Source of the DNA: Marsupella aquatica
Taxonomy: Eukaryota; Plantae; Marchantiophyta
NCBI GenBank assembly: GCA_973895155.1
Contig: OZ316892.1
Location: 5,984,476-6,048,475 of the forward strand
Length of the DNA stretch: 64,000 nucleotides
Direction: 5' to 3'
In this document: piece by piece, positions 52,369-63,333 of the stretch
Position numbering within the stretch: position 1 is the stretch's first letter
How the letters are laid out: each line of letters starts with the position of its first letter
Program-made: the position numbers and the translations under genes
The notes under the pieces: generated by a model
What the model was told of the DNA's origin: nothing
Database searches by the model: none
What the model saw: the letters and a program-made list of their open reading frames with translations, nothing else

Positions 52369-52867
52369 TGCAATACAAATCTAGAACATGCATAGCACCA
52401 TTGCTTTTGGAGTCGATAACAGAAAGACCTGCACAAATACATTTGAAATACACACAAGGGAAACACATTAGGATCTTCAAGAGATGCAATGACAACATAC
52501 ACATTCTCATGTCAGTAATGTACATAATGTCAGCATACATTTAACAATAGAAGTGCTAATAGGCCAAAACACTTTATAATGCAATCCATCATACATGCAA
52601 ATGTATTCAGTGAAAATCATGATATACCGTTAAAGTTGGATAAAATATCTTTAGAAAAAATATCCTTTTTGCCTAGTTTTCTAACAATTCCTGAGGTTTA
52701 GTGCTTTTGCTCATCAAAATGCAGCACTATTAGTGACCGTAATTATGACAAAATGTCAACACTAATAAAATTGGGTACTACCACCCATGATGCAGCTTAA
52801 GTATATGCCTTGCTCATACCCCACTAAGACGTTGAAACCTAAGTAATAGGTTTGTTCATTATTCAGA

Positions 52868-53527
52868 TCACTGGAGCCATGAAATGTGGTCCCTGATTGG
52901 AGTCTTCAGGTGTGGATCAATAGGATGACGGGGGCAATAAAACATCTGTCGCTGTTGTCCATGTGCTTCATGTTCCCAGATGTCCCTATCATGAGCAAAC
53001 CCTTTGCTTTTGATCATCTGGAGACAATCTGTATGCCAGGCATTTGGACATCGTAAACATTGTACCATGTTCTTGACCATCTGACCCTCAAGACTCTGAT
53101 AACATGTCACACATGTATGCAGTGGGCAGGACTTTGCAGCAGCTACCAAACACCCAAAGCAATAAAATCGTACACAAAAATGATCAGAGCATTTTCGCAC
53201 AATTGTAGGTGACGGTCCCACAGTGCGGCACCCATAACACATGGCCTGGTCCTGGTTACAATTTGGGCAAAACCATGGCTTCCCTCCATGATGGAGGGGA
53301 AGGACTACACAGGGGCAAGAGTCATTAGGGGCTTCATCTCCAACCACATAATGAAATTGCCTGTGACATGGCCCATCACAAATTACCAACTTCCCACCAT
53401 GCTCACAAATTGCACAAACATGAGGGCTGGTTTGTAGAATCTCTTGCTCAGAGAACAAGGGAATACACAATACCTCTTCTAAAGAGGATTGTGTTGCTTT
53501 CTTTATGTTTGAAGTCCTTGTCGGCAT
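52868..53527 (-). CDS. P-like element cargo: stand-alone EDM2/NSD-type composite PHD finger protein (~219 aa)
   Basis: CAICEHGGKLVICDGPCHRQFH, WFCPNC, CYGC, CPLHTCVTC, CLRCPNAWHTDCL, YCPRHPIDPHLKTPIRDHI. Confidence 0.82.
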   Translation of the reverse strand: MPTRTSNIKKATQSSLEEVLCIPLFSEQEILQTSPHVCAICEHGGKLVICDGPCHRQFHYVVGDEAPNDSCPCVVLPLHHGGKPWFCPNCNQDQAMCYGCRTVGPSPTIVRKCSDHFCVRFYCFGCLVAAAKSCPLHTCVTCYQSLEGQMVKNMVQCLRCPNAWHTDCLQMIKSKGFAHDRDIWEHEAHGQQRQMFYCPRHPIDPHLKTPIRDHISWLQ

Positions 53528-53869
53528 GGTTACAACTGAAATCATCACAAAGCACATCACATATGAGAGGGACATGTATGATACTGGGCAATCCATAGAA
53601 CTTGGAGAAATCCACATTTGAAGTAGTTACAAACCTGCTCCAATGATCTGCAAACCTCCCTCCCAGATGAAGTCAACTACACAGTGCAGCCTGGACACCC
53701 ACCAACCAAGACATACATAAATACAATGCCAGCTTGCGAAACTTTGCCACATAATGGGAATGAAAATTATTCTCATATATCATGGATGGTACAATTGCAG
53801 CCTTGCAAACAAAGGCCTAGTCATCCCGGACCTCAAGTCATGAACAACGCATCCATGTACTATCAGGGA

Positions 53870-54268
53870 CTACAATGTCAAGCATCCATGGGCTGTAACC
53901 TTAGCTTGACCTGGAATACTATCTGGGGCTACAATATCAAGCTCAGTTATATGTGGAATACTATCTAGGACTACAATGTCAAGCGTGTCCGGGATGACAA
54001 TCTTGCGTAAAAGACACTCATTTTGAGGCCAAATGGTTGGCCTTATACAAGAGCACCTCCAGCGACGTGTGACAACTTTGCCATGCTTTCCCATGTATGT
54101 CCTAGTAACAAGTCTTCCACGCATTTTCAAGCAGAAGCAATGGAACCATTCAAAATTGCCATCACCAACCCTGCACTTCACACAAGATTCGCACCAGCAG
54201 CATTCATCTGGATGCTGCAAAAGGAGCTTCTCATAATTCGCTTCTAATGTAATGCCCAATTTAGCCAT
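53870..54268 (-). CDS. Small Cys-rich ORF with a PHD-like EWFHxxC motif (possible second cargo gene or exon)
   Basis: CCWCESCVKC...FEWFHCFCL...WRCSC. Confidence 0.4.
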   Translation of the reverse strand: MAKLGITLEANYEKLLLQHPDECCWCESCVKCRVGDGNFEWFHCFCLKMRGRLVTRTYMGKHGKVVTRRWRCSCIRPTIWPQNECLLRKIVIPDTLDIVVLDSIPHITELDIVAPDSIPGQAKVTAHGCLTL

Positions 54269-56439
54269 GGCACTATTTTTTTTACTCGGTGAATGGCCAG
54301 GCGATCAGACGTGCAATGACAGGCAACTTACAATTCACTAGGTACAGTATGTGCTCTAGCAAACTGCTTCACCGCAAGTGCTGGTGCTCACAGCTACAAG
54401 CACTGATTGCTTTTGCAACCTGTGAACAAAATTAAAACCACCAGTTCAATAAGTTTCAAATGCTGCAAGCACTGAAGACAACCAATTGGCCATGATGCAT
54501 GTTACGACAGCAATAAACAAATAATTGGGCTCAACAGACCTGAATAGCTAACCTGAATAGCTAACCTGAATAGGATCATGGACCTCTCATAGCTATGGTG
54601 TCCTTCCTACATTACACATTGGTCTAATTTATGCAGTGTTTCACTATGATTGTGTTCCATAGAAGAGCATCCAATCTGGCTGACCATTGGAGGAAGCTTG
54701 GGCTGGGTCATAGCTACAGCAATTACTCCTCTGCAAATGCTATTTGTTGGTAACACATGTTTACTCATCAGTAGATGAATGAAGCATCTGAGGTTTTTGA
54801 AACTTGTGCTCTGATGAGGGAGTGAGTGACGTGGGAGCCATGATAATCATAGATTCAATGCAAAAGCAAAATCCGTGCTCAAAGGCAAACGTGGCAAAAT
54901 TGGGTATATGTTCTTCACTGCCAAAGCTTCTGTTTGCGCAGCAAAATCCACGAAAGGAATGAAGGAACAAGGGGGAACTCCAGACTCAAGAGCCTCAATT
55001 GCTGCATTGTGGAAACGCGTTGCGTGGGAGAAGTCATTGGCTTGTAGAAGAAGTAAAAGTGTGCTGGTGAAGGATTTTGTGGTCGGGGTGCATCATAAGG
55101 TTGACACAGAGAAGAGAGAGGTGTGGAGAGGCGAGGAGAGGAGCAGAAAAGTAGGAAAGGCCGTGTAAGGCAGTCGATAAAAAGCGAGTTAGGTTTGGAG
55201 TGTCCTCTCGACAGCAAAGGATTTCGTGTGTGCTGAATTTGTTGCTGGTCCAAATTCCAGGAGCCAGTCAGTAACGGAATAGTGGAATTTTGGGAATAGC
55301 AGATGCTCATCAGTCGCAGCATCTGCGTATGTTTTGTCATCTGGGGAGAATTCAATGAGGTTTGTGGTTTTGGGGAAGGCTGCTGTGAAGAGTTTGTGTT
55401 CGTGTGGAGGGATTGGTGGCAAATTTTGATTGGTGCAGGGCAGAAGTAGCAAGAGATGGGAGAGTGACAGGATGTGGAGATCGGTTGGCCGTAACCAAGG
55501 CAGCGCCAATGACGACGAGGAGCGCGAAGAGGCAAAGGCGGAGGAAGATGAGGAGGTAGAAGAACCAGACCACCAAATAGAGAATTTACTACATCAAAGA
55601 CACTACAGAGATGAGCGCATCAATGGGCTACAACATATTCAAGTGTGGATCCCTTTTTTGCAATCAACTCACGGAAATAGAGGATTTACACTTACTTGCC
55701 CCACCACAAATCATTCTTGGAAGTGTCTTCCTTGACAACACGTTTGTCCTTCGGAGATCGGCCAGTTTTCGCCCCGGAAAGCGTGGCAAGAGCCCCTGTC
55801 CAGGTGATGTACAAACTCTTCTCGTGCTTCAGAGCCTGTTCGTAAAGCGCTGCAAAGAGAAACGGCAAAAACTTTAGTCATTATAATTGAATCAGAACAT
55901 GGGAACAGACAGAGACAGCTTCCAAACGCTCAACTAAATCCTGAAGCAACAACCATGACGATCGCGACCCATATGCGGCGAATGGACACAACTATGCTAG
56001 GACAGGACACAACGAGAGGGCACCGATCACCGTATCTAGAGAGCTGATTTATTCGTCTCCTACAAATCATAAGTCGCACAGTAGAGTTTCTACGCATCTT
56101 AACGTAGGAACGAAGGTAAAAGGTAGTTTTTTTACCAGGCATCCTTGGAAATGAAAGCAACTTTTGAACTATCGACATGATGTGACAGAGTACAAGAAAG
56201 GCCTTCAGTGCATGTGAAACAGAAATGCTAGAACTACTCATGAGTTCACATGAAACACAATTCCCCGGTCTAACTACTTTCAAATCTCGATGGGCAAATC
56301 TAATGCATATGACTTGCGCAAGCAATGTCTATGGAACACATCGGCTACGACCGCTACCAGATAAGGTGTGCCATGCGTGGTACATATGGGCTTCAAACAG
56401 TAGCAAGCAAGCATGATTGAGCGTCAAACAATAGCAAGC

Positions 56440-57370
56440 AAGCAAGCACGATCGTCAAAGCAGGAAGCGCCCACCTCCTGGTTGAGCAACACAGCAATGC
56501 TGGCAGTAGCCCTCGCAATCCTGTTTGAGCAAGCAACAATGCAACACTCTCGCTCCCGTTTCAGCAAGCTAGTAGCTCCCGTTTCAGCAAGGTAGCAGCT
56601 TCCGTTTCAACAAGCAGCAACGCCACACTCCCGGCACCCACCTCTTGTTTGAGCAGCTGCAACGCAGCACTTGCAACAGCCACACTCCCGCCCGCACTCC
56701 CTGTTTGAGCAACAACACAGCAGTCACATAAACTTTCCTATCATTTCAGCAACAGGAACGTAGCACACTCCCTCAACCAAGACAATAGCGCACCTATACA
56801 CTCCAACCTTGCAGCGCAACACTCTCGCCTAATCCTTCATTCCCGGGTTCACTCCAAGCAGCAGTGCAACCGAGAAGTCTCGCTCTCCCCTTTACTCTAA
56901 GCAGCAGCGCAGCTGAGAAGTCTCGCTCTCCCCTTCACTCTAAGCAGCAGTGCAGCTGAGAAGTCTCGCTCTCCCCTTCACTCTAAGCAGCAGCGTAGCC
57001 AAGAACGACCTTGATCCTTCACTCCCAAGTAGCAGCGCGCAGTCGAGAACTCTGGGTTGATCCTTCACTTCAAGCAGCAACAGCAGCAACGCAGCCGAGA
57101 GCGCAACACTCTCGCTCTCCTCTTCACTCCAAGGCGCAGCCAACAACTCTCGCTCGATCCTTCGCTCTAAGCAGCAGTGCAGCCAATAAATGTTGCTTGA
57201 TCCTTCACTCCAAGCAGCCGTAGCAGCAGCGCAGGCGAGACCACAACACTCTCGCTCGATCCTTCTTCACTCACAGCCGAGAGCACAACACTCTCGCTTG
57301 ATCCATCTTCACTCGCATCCGAGGTCACAACACTCTCTCTCAATCCTTCTTTGCTCCAAGCAGCAGCACA
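56440..57370. repeat. Minisatellite inside the P-like element (43-bp core unit, degenerate flanks)
   Basis: CTCTAAGCAGCAG(C/T)GCAGCTGAGAAGTCTCGCTCTCCCCTT repeated; related units on both sides. Confidence 0.85.
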
Positions 57371-57919
57371 CTCGTTTAGACCCCCGTTTACACCATTTGC
57401 TGCAAGGTACAAACAAAAGAGTCTCTCATCCCAAACAGCGGGTGGGGCCAAAGGGATATTGGAGGGAAATGACACGGGAGGAGACTAAGAAGGGCGGCCA
57501 ATTGAGGGAAACTAGACATGTTAAACGGAACAATTTCAAACTTAATCCCACTCAAACCCTAAACGTGAGTCCCCAAAAAACCAGACCCACTTAAATCATT
57601 CTCAAATTAGAATCCATGTTAAAATAAACATGACTTAGGAAAATATATTGAGAATGTTATGTGTGCCATGTGTACCAATGATATAGTGACACGTGTAATT
57701 TACATAGTCCGACACAAAGACCCCCTAACTTCCTTGTATGCCTTCCATCTACATAGTCAAAAATATTAATATCCCTATTATTCTTACAAGTTGTCCAACA
57801 TATAAAATTGACCCTATTGTTCTTACACAAATCTTCTTAAGTCTTCCGAGAAACCCAATTAACGGACCCTATACTTAGTCGCACGTGATATGAGATTTTC
57901 GCGAAGTGAGACCCCCGAG

Positions 57920-58539
57920 ACTGCTTCTCGAAAAAAAGGATTATTTGAAACATTGAATGGAATACCACTGGTGTAGAAAGCTTTCGCCCAAAGCTTATCC
58001 AAATTTGTTCTATTTGGAATTTGATAGGCATCCATAATTGGGTTAGGAAGATTTACTGGCCTATCTCCTTCCCTTACATGTGTATCATCCATGTCAACAT
58101 AGTTTGACCCTCGTGTGGATGCTTGCGAATATGAACTTCCAACGCTTGGCCTACGACCTCTCACATCCCGCAAGATATGACTTCCATCTCGTCGTTTGTA
58201 CTTTAAGGTCGGTGGAACCTTTATCACATTGTACATAATGTTGATGGCATCCAAATCGACGACACCATAGAGTTGCATGCAAGGGGGCGCATCCCCTTTT
58301 TGGATGTTTCCCATCAAATGCGCCTTTGCTCGTGTTGCATGATGAGTAACGTATGTTAAACAATACTTGCATCTTCGATAGATACGATTGACATCATGAC
58401 ATGTTGAAGGCGCATCACATCGTTCAAAATATCTCCACACTGGAGATTGTTTTGAAGGGTGTTCTTGCACACGAGTTGGACCAGGCCTGGGAGTAGTGGA
58501 ATGATATCCAGTTTCATGCGAATCCTCTTCATCGGACAT
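57920..58539 (-). pseudogene. hAT transposase N-terminus with BED zinc finger
   Basis: SPVWRYF...CKYC...RAKAHL..C; WAKAFYTSGIPFNVSNNPFFREAV joins in frame to IETSKG at 47131 and below. Confidence 0.9.
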
Positions 58540-58619
58540 TGTTACGACTCTCAATGGTAAAAAAATAAAAGGGTTGATTCTTTTGATTTTGTGAATATAA
58601 CAAATATAGTACAATGGGT

Positions 58620-58985
58620 TACTTTCCTGAATTATCGCAGACTGGGCCTAAGCTCAAAGCATGCGCAGGAAAGTTTCCCAAATTCTTATATTTGTCAACA
58701 TCCCTACTTCAACCTATGTTATGTAATATCTATAACTTCACAATAGTTTATCTTTGAAGTGAACATATGTACGAGAAATCGTGATACCCATATGAAATGT
58801 CATAGACCGAGCCAAAGCTCTAAGCATATGCACATGGGTATCTCTTTACTCGCAAGTAGTTCACTTTCAAACAAAACAATGATGCAAAGTTGTTAAGGCG
58901 ATATAAGGAACTTCTCGTACGAATTATCGCAGACCGAGCCGAGCTCAAAGCATGCGCGTACAAGAGTTCCAATGTATCCCTCCGA
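58620..58985 (-). repeat. Right arm of the ~370-bp imperfect inverted repeat
   Basis: Three TCGCAGAC.G.GCC.AGCTC.AAGCAT-like motifs; reverse complement of 38410-38780. Confidence 0.8.
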
Positions 58986-59179
58986 TCTCTCCCTAATGCT
59001 AAACCACAAGAGAGAGAAACACAATGAGACTGTGGATTAGTGAAATGAATTAGTTATTCCTACTTATACTAAATCATCTACTTCTTATCCTCTCTTAAAA
59101 CTCTTAATCTTTGATCCTAACCCTAATTGCGCCTCCCTTAACCCTAATCTCGCGCCCCTAACCCTAATCCCGCCTCTAA

Positions 59180-59650
59180 CTCTTCCCCGGCCACCAATTC
59201 CCGAGCCCCGTCCCCGAACCCCGCACCCCGTTCCCCGAACCCCGCACCCCGTTCCCCGAACCCCGTTCCCCGCATCCCCGAACCCCCTACCTCGTTCCCC
59301 GAACCCCGTTCCCCAAATCCTCGAATCCCGGCCCCCCTTTCCCGCCCCCCCTTCCCCGGTTCCCCGAATCCTCTTCCCCGAATGCCCCCCGTCCCCGGTT
59401 CCCCGAATCCCGTCCCCCGGGCCACCTTTACCCCGGCCGGCCCCGGAAGGGTCCGGGCAGGGTTTGGGTGGGGGTCCGGGGAGGGTTCGGGAAAGGCCCG
59501 AGAGTCCGGGGAGTGTTCGGGGGAGGGTCCGGGGAGGGTCCGGGAAGGGCCCGGGAGTCCGGGTTCGGGTCAGGGGGAGTTCGGGTTCAGGTCCGGGGTG
59601 CTCGGGAGGTGTTCGCGAAAGGTCCGGGGAAGTCGGGGTTCGTTCGGGAG
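59180..59650. repeat. Right subterminal GC-rich repeats (CCCCGAA/CCCCGTT, then GGGTCCGGG) of the hAT element
   Basis: Dense short-motif array that switches orientation near 59445. Confidence 0.85.
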
Positions 59651-60012
59651 AATCTTCAGGAATATACGTCAAATTGCGTGTTTTCGGGCCGTCATTTGAC
59701 GATTTGACGTGCCCGACAAGGCGTCAAGGTGCCTGTCAGATTAAACCGGGTAGCGGGGTGTAACAATTTACATGCAGCATAGATAGAAGTCGTCTATAAA
59801 GGTCTCCAAAATATATTGAATAAAATTTACGAAAGTTCTTAGGAGTACCTGATGGTTGCCTTCAATATGCTAGTCCAGAACGTGCCTGAAAAGGTGCTGG
59901 CCAAAAAGGTGCAATATAGCATGCTCATCCTGGAACATGTTTTACTTTTTGTCTTGTAGTGATATTAAGTGGACAAAATTAAAGAGTAAGACTAGAATAC
60001 ATATTAAATGTG

Positions 60013-60212
60013 AATGAAATCAAATAATATAAATAAAGTACATGCAATAAAAGCACATAGTGACCAATGGAAAGTACAATTTCATTACACAAAGTTGCTA
60101 TGAGTTGTGCACAATGAAATCAAATAATATAAATAAACCACATGCAATAAAAGCACATAGTGACCAATGAAAAGTACAATTCTATTACACAAAGATCCTA
60201 CCAGTTGTGCAC
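60013..60212. repeat. ~100-bp tandem duplication
   Basis: AATGAAATCAAATAATATAAATAAA...CATGCAATAAAAGCACATAGTGACCAATG occurs twice. Confidence 0.85.
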
Positions 60213-60532
60213 ATATTTCAGTGTGTATTATTAATGACTCTTATTCAATAAAAACCATAAACTTAGGAAAGAAAGCCACAAGGGGAGCTTAAGACAGGAT
60301 TTGCTGACATTTTTTAGAATCATTCCTCTCACTCATGAGTATACTTAAAAGGGGTAGAAAATGAAACCCTTAGTTTCTCTCTAGGACTTAACAAAGTTTA
60401 CAAATTATACAAATTAAGGGGGCTGACAAAATAAATTTCAAACACTATAGAATACCAAAAATTTAAAGGGGTCCAAAAATGAATTAAAAGTCTATATGAT
60501 ACAAAGAATGCCCCTTGTTAAGGTACATTCAA

Positions 60533-60629
60533 ATAAAAATTCATGATACACAAATATGAATAAGACAAAACATGAGAGTTAATAAAAATTCATGATACAC
60601 AAATATGAATAAGACAAAACATGAGAGTT
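60533..60629. repeat. ~48-bp tandem duplication
   Basis: ATAAAAATTCATGATACACAAATATGAATAAGACAAAACATGAGAGTT occurs twice. Confidence 0.85.
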
Positions 60630-61409
60630 GGATTCACCATATAGCAGCTTCAAAAATATCAAGAAAGGGCTCAAGATTTGGTCTACGAGAAGGATTGGCT
60701 GCTATGAGAGTAAAGGTCGTCCAGAGAGTTGCATTGCATGCATAGTAGAGGCTAGAGGCCCAATGGTAAGTATCATCAGGAACGTGTGAGGTTGCCTTCA
60801 GCTCGTTGCCTTCAGCTGTGGCCTTCCTCTCTACTAGGATTGGGTGCTTGCGAGAGAACTTATGAAAAGCAGTTTGGCGAACGACGATCGGCCATGATAG
60901 CAACGACCACTGTGCCATGTTCGGGGACCACCGTGCATGCTTGATGACGGCGTCCCCAGGCTTCCGCGATCATCATCGATTGCGAGTGACCTCCACTCCA
61001 CAGTTCACAGTCAAGGTGGATCCAGTATAGGTTGAGGAAAAAGACCCCCACACTGAACGGGACAGTCCTAACACTACATTCCAGACTTCATTCCAGACTT
61101 CTGCAGAGGTACGCATGGGGCAGGGCAGAGTGCTGGGACCGAGACTAGCTTTACGTGCTGTAATGAAGAGCAGTTACTGCGATGACGGGAGTGTGGTGCT
61201 ACTTGCAAAGTCATTCCGGCTATAAGTTTCTACTGGGTGGACGTAAAGCAGGGGAGGATGTAGCCAATACGATGCTTCATGGGATGTTTTCAAGACAATT
61301 TTTGTCCATGCAGATAGTACCACCATGGAAGGTCGGCTAGTGCATGAACAGAATTGCCGATTACTGTACTTCATATACGTAAATCGGGACTTTATCATCT
61401 CTTGATAGG

Positions 61410-61566
61410 AGTGAGAGCACGAGCTTAGTATACTTGGTAATTCCAACCTGTCGATAATACTTCATATTCGATGAATTTAGGAAGATAGTGAGAGCACGAG
61501 CTTAGTATACTTGGTAATTCCAACCTGTCGATAATACTTCATATTCGATGAATTTAGGAAGATAGT
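61410..61566. repeat. ~78-bp exact tandem duplication
   Basis: GTGAGAGCACGAGCTTAGTATAC...GAATTTAGGAAGATAG occurs twice. Confidence 0.85.
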
Positions 61567-62461
61567 TTGGAGTACGATAGTTCCGTCTCTAAAGTCCGCT
61601 GTTCGAGTTCTCAACGTTGGAAAGCTGCACGAATTTATCCTCCCTACTTAATTTCTACTTCGTAATGCGCTATTCGAAGCAAAGTAACTACGGAATTCAT
61701 CGCCATTTCAATAACAATTGGTGGAAACCGTCCAATGTTTGAAGAGTAGACTTTATTTACCAGCAGCACTTTCTTTGCGGTGCTCAATAACTGCAAACTG
61801 TCAAAACTTATTATTTTTATATTTTAGCAACTTCCTCACACTTGCGAATAGAATTCGAAGTGAAATTCACATTCCTGAGACACAGCATGAAGTGAAATTA
61901 TACTGGAACGAGAACTTTGCCTTGACAAAACTTTTATTCAACATATATGGAGCGAATATATACACTCTGGCCAGCAGTACGGAAAGAGGGCAGCGCAACA
62001 ATGCGCTACGCTTGCCAGCATTAATATTTGAAGTTTCATTCAATACGAATGAGGACCCCTCGTAGAACGGACAATTGATCGGAACAAGATCGTCGACGAA
62101 CAGAAGCTTGTTGTTTAATCGGTCGGAGAGAGAAACCTTCCGATAACAACTCCAGAAAGAGATTTCTGCGGGTGAGACAGAAATACATCGTCGACAGATC
62201 TCAGGAATACTGAACCATAACTTTAACTTCGAAGGGAAGTCCCCTATTTATTGGTTACATCTCCACTGTAGGAATCAATATCTGTCTGAAGCTAACAACG
62301 TTAACTACAAATTAACATCGCGATGGCGTTGTCTTCAAATAGGGTACCGGCTCCATGTTCCAACCGAATCACGAACCCCGCTCCTGTATTTGAACCGTGT
62401 ACACACAGCTCCAAATCGGAGAGCATCATCGAGTTGGTAGGAGCCACGACGAAGTGACGAT

Positions 62462-63333
62462 TTACATCGGGGCTGCGGCGGTGGCGATGAGACGGCGAGA
62501 AGCAATGAGCTGAGCACGCCTCTGCTCGCCGCAAAATTCGGAAAGAGTAAGACCTTCACCGGCAATGATGTTGCTGTAAATGTCGACCAGATTCACGCAG
62601 TTATTTCTGCAGTCTTTGGAGCACATCTTGCTGATGAAAGCATGGGACGTCAGCTCGTCAGTGGAGAAACCAACGGTCATTCTCTCCACTCCGCAGGCTG
62701 CGACGCACTCGTTGGACTCGATGTATTCAATTGGAGAATCTTCTCCGGCCTTCACGTTGGAGGTCTGCATGGCACGAGAAAACGTCAGCAGACAGCCTAG
62801 CGACATCAATTTCTTAAGCCACGCACCCACACATTCCAGACTGCAGCAACAAATCAAGGGTCCGGCCACTGGTACAATTCACCGAAAATTAAACCATATG
62901 CATGTTGCCCAGGGAATGAACGCAGCAGTAACAGGAACGCAGCAGTAATTGGACCCTAGGGGTCACTCTATGTACCGAATACCGAACGGCATGCTTAAGG
63001 CAAAGCATGCAAAGAGTAAGGTCCCCAGTTGAGAATCATTCATGAACAATCTTAGTACAACCAGAAAGTACTAACAGCTGATGACTTACTCCGTGTTACA
63101 AAACGAGCCCATCATTCATAACACGCGGCAGGAGGAATAGTGATATGTACCTCGCAGACATAGAGGTCAGAACCGACAGTCTTTTCGAGGACACATCGGT
63201 GGCCGGAGTAGGAAACGGCGAAAGCGCACTCCTCAGCTGGGAGCATAGGGCATTCCAGCTGGAAATCAGCCTGAGCCAAAGGAACCACCACGAGGGCAAC
63301 GAATAGAGCCAAGATAGCGTGCTGGAAAGCCAT
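62462..63333 (-). CDS. PAR1: PAR1-family secreted Cys-rich protein, exons 63333-63151 and 62764-62462, 161 aa
   Basis: Signal peptide; ECAFAVSYSGHRCVLE, YIESNECVAACGVER.TVGFSTD, CSKDCRNNCVNLVDIY.N..AGEG; phase-0 GT-AG intron. Confidence 0.9.

Larger units (their letters stand above)
47141..57919 (-). mobile_element. Complete P-superfamily-like DNA transposon (10,779 bp) nested in the hAT transposase
   Basis: Perfect 15-bp TIR CTCGGGGGTCTCACT; exact 8-bp TSD ACTGCTTC (47133-47140, 57920-57927); removing it restores the hAT reading frame. Confidence 0.88.
37525..59750 (-). mobile_element. Complete hAT DNA transposon with cargo (~11.4 kb without the nested element)
   Basis: Exact 8-bp TSD TAGCGGGG (37517-37524, 59751-59758); TIR CCCGGTTTGACCT / reverse complement CCCGGTTTAATCT; GC-rich subterminal repeats at both ends; hAT transposase inside. 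Confidence 0.9.

Noticed and set aside
56855-57370. Regular repeats resembling a CRISPR array
   Set aside because: No unique spacers, no cas genes, eukaryotic context; a minisatellite
59085-59763. Pro/Gly/Arg-rich ORFs
   Set aside because: Same artefact at the right hAT end
60634-61446. Short minus-strand ORFs downstream of PAR1
   Set aside because: No domain motifs or consistent splice structure
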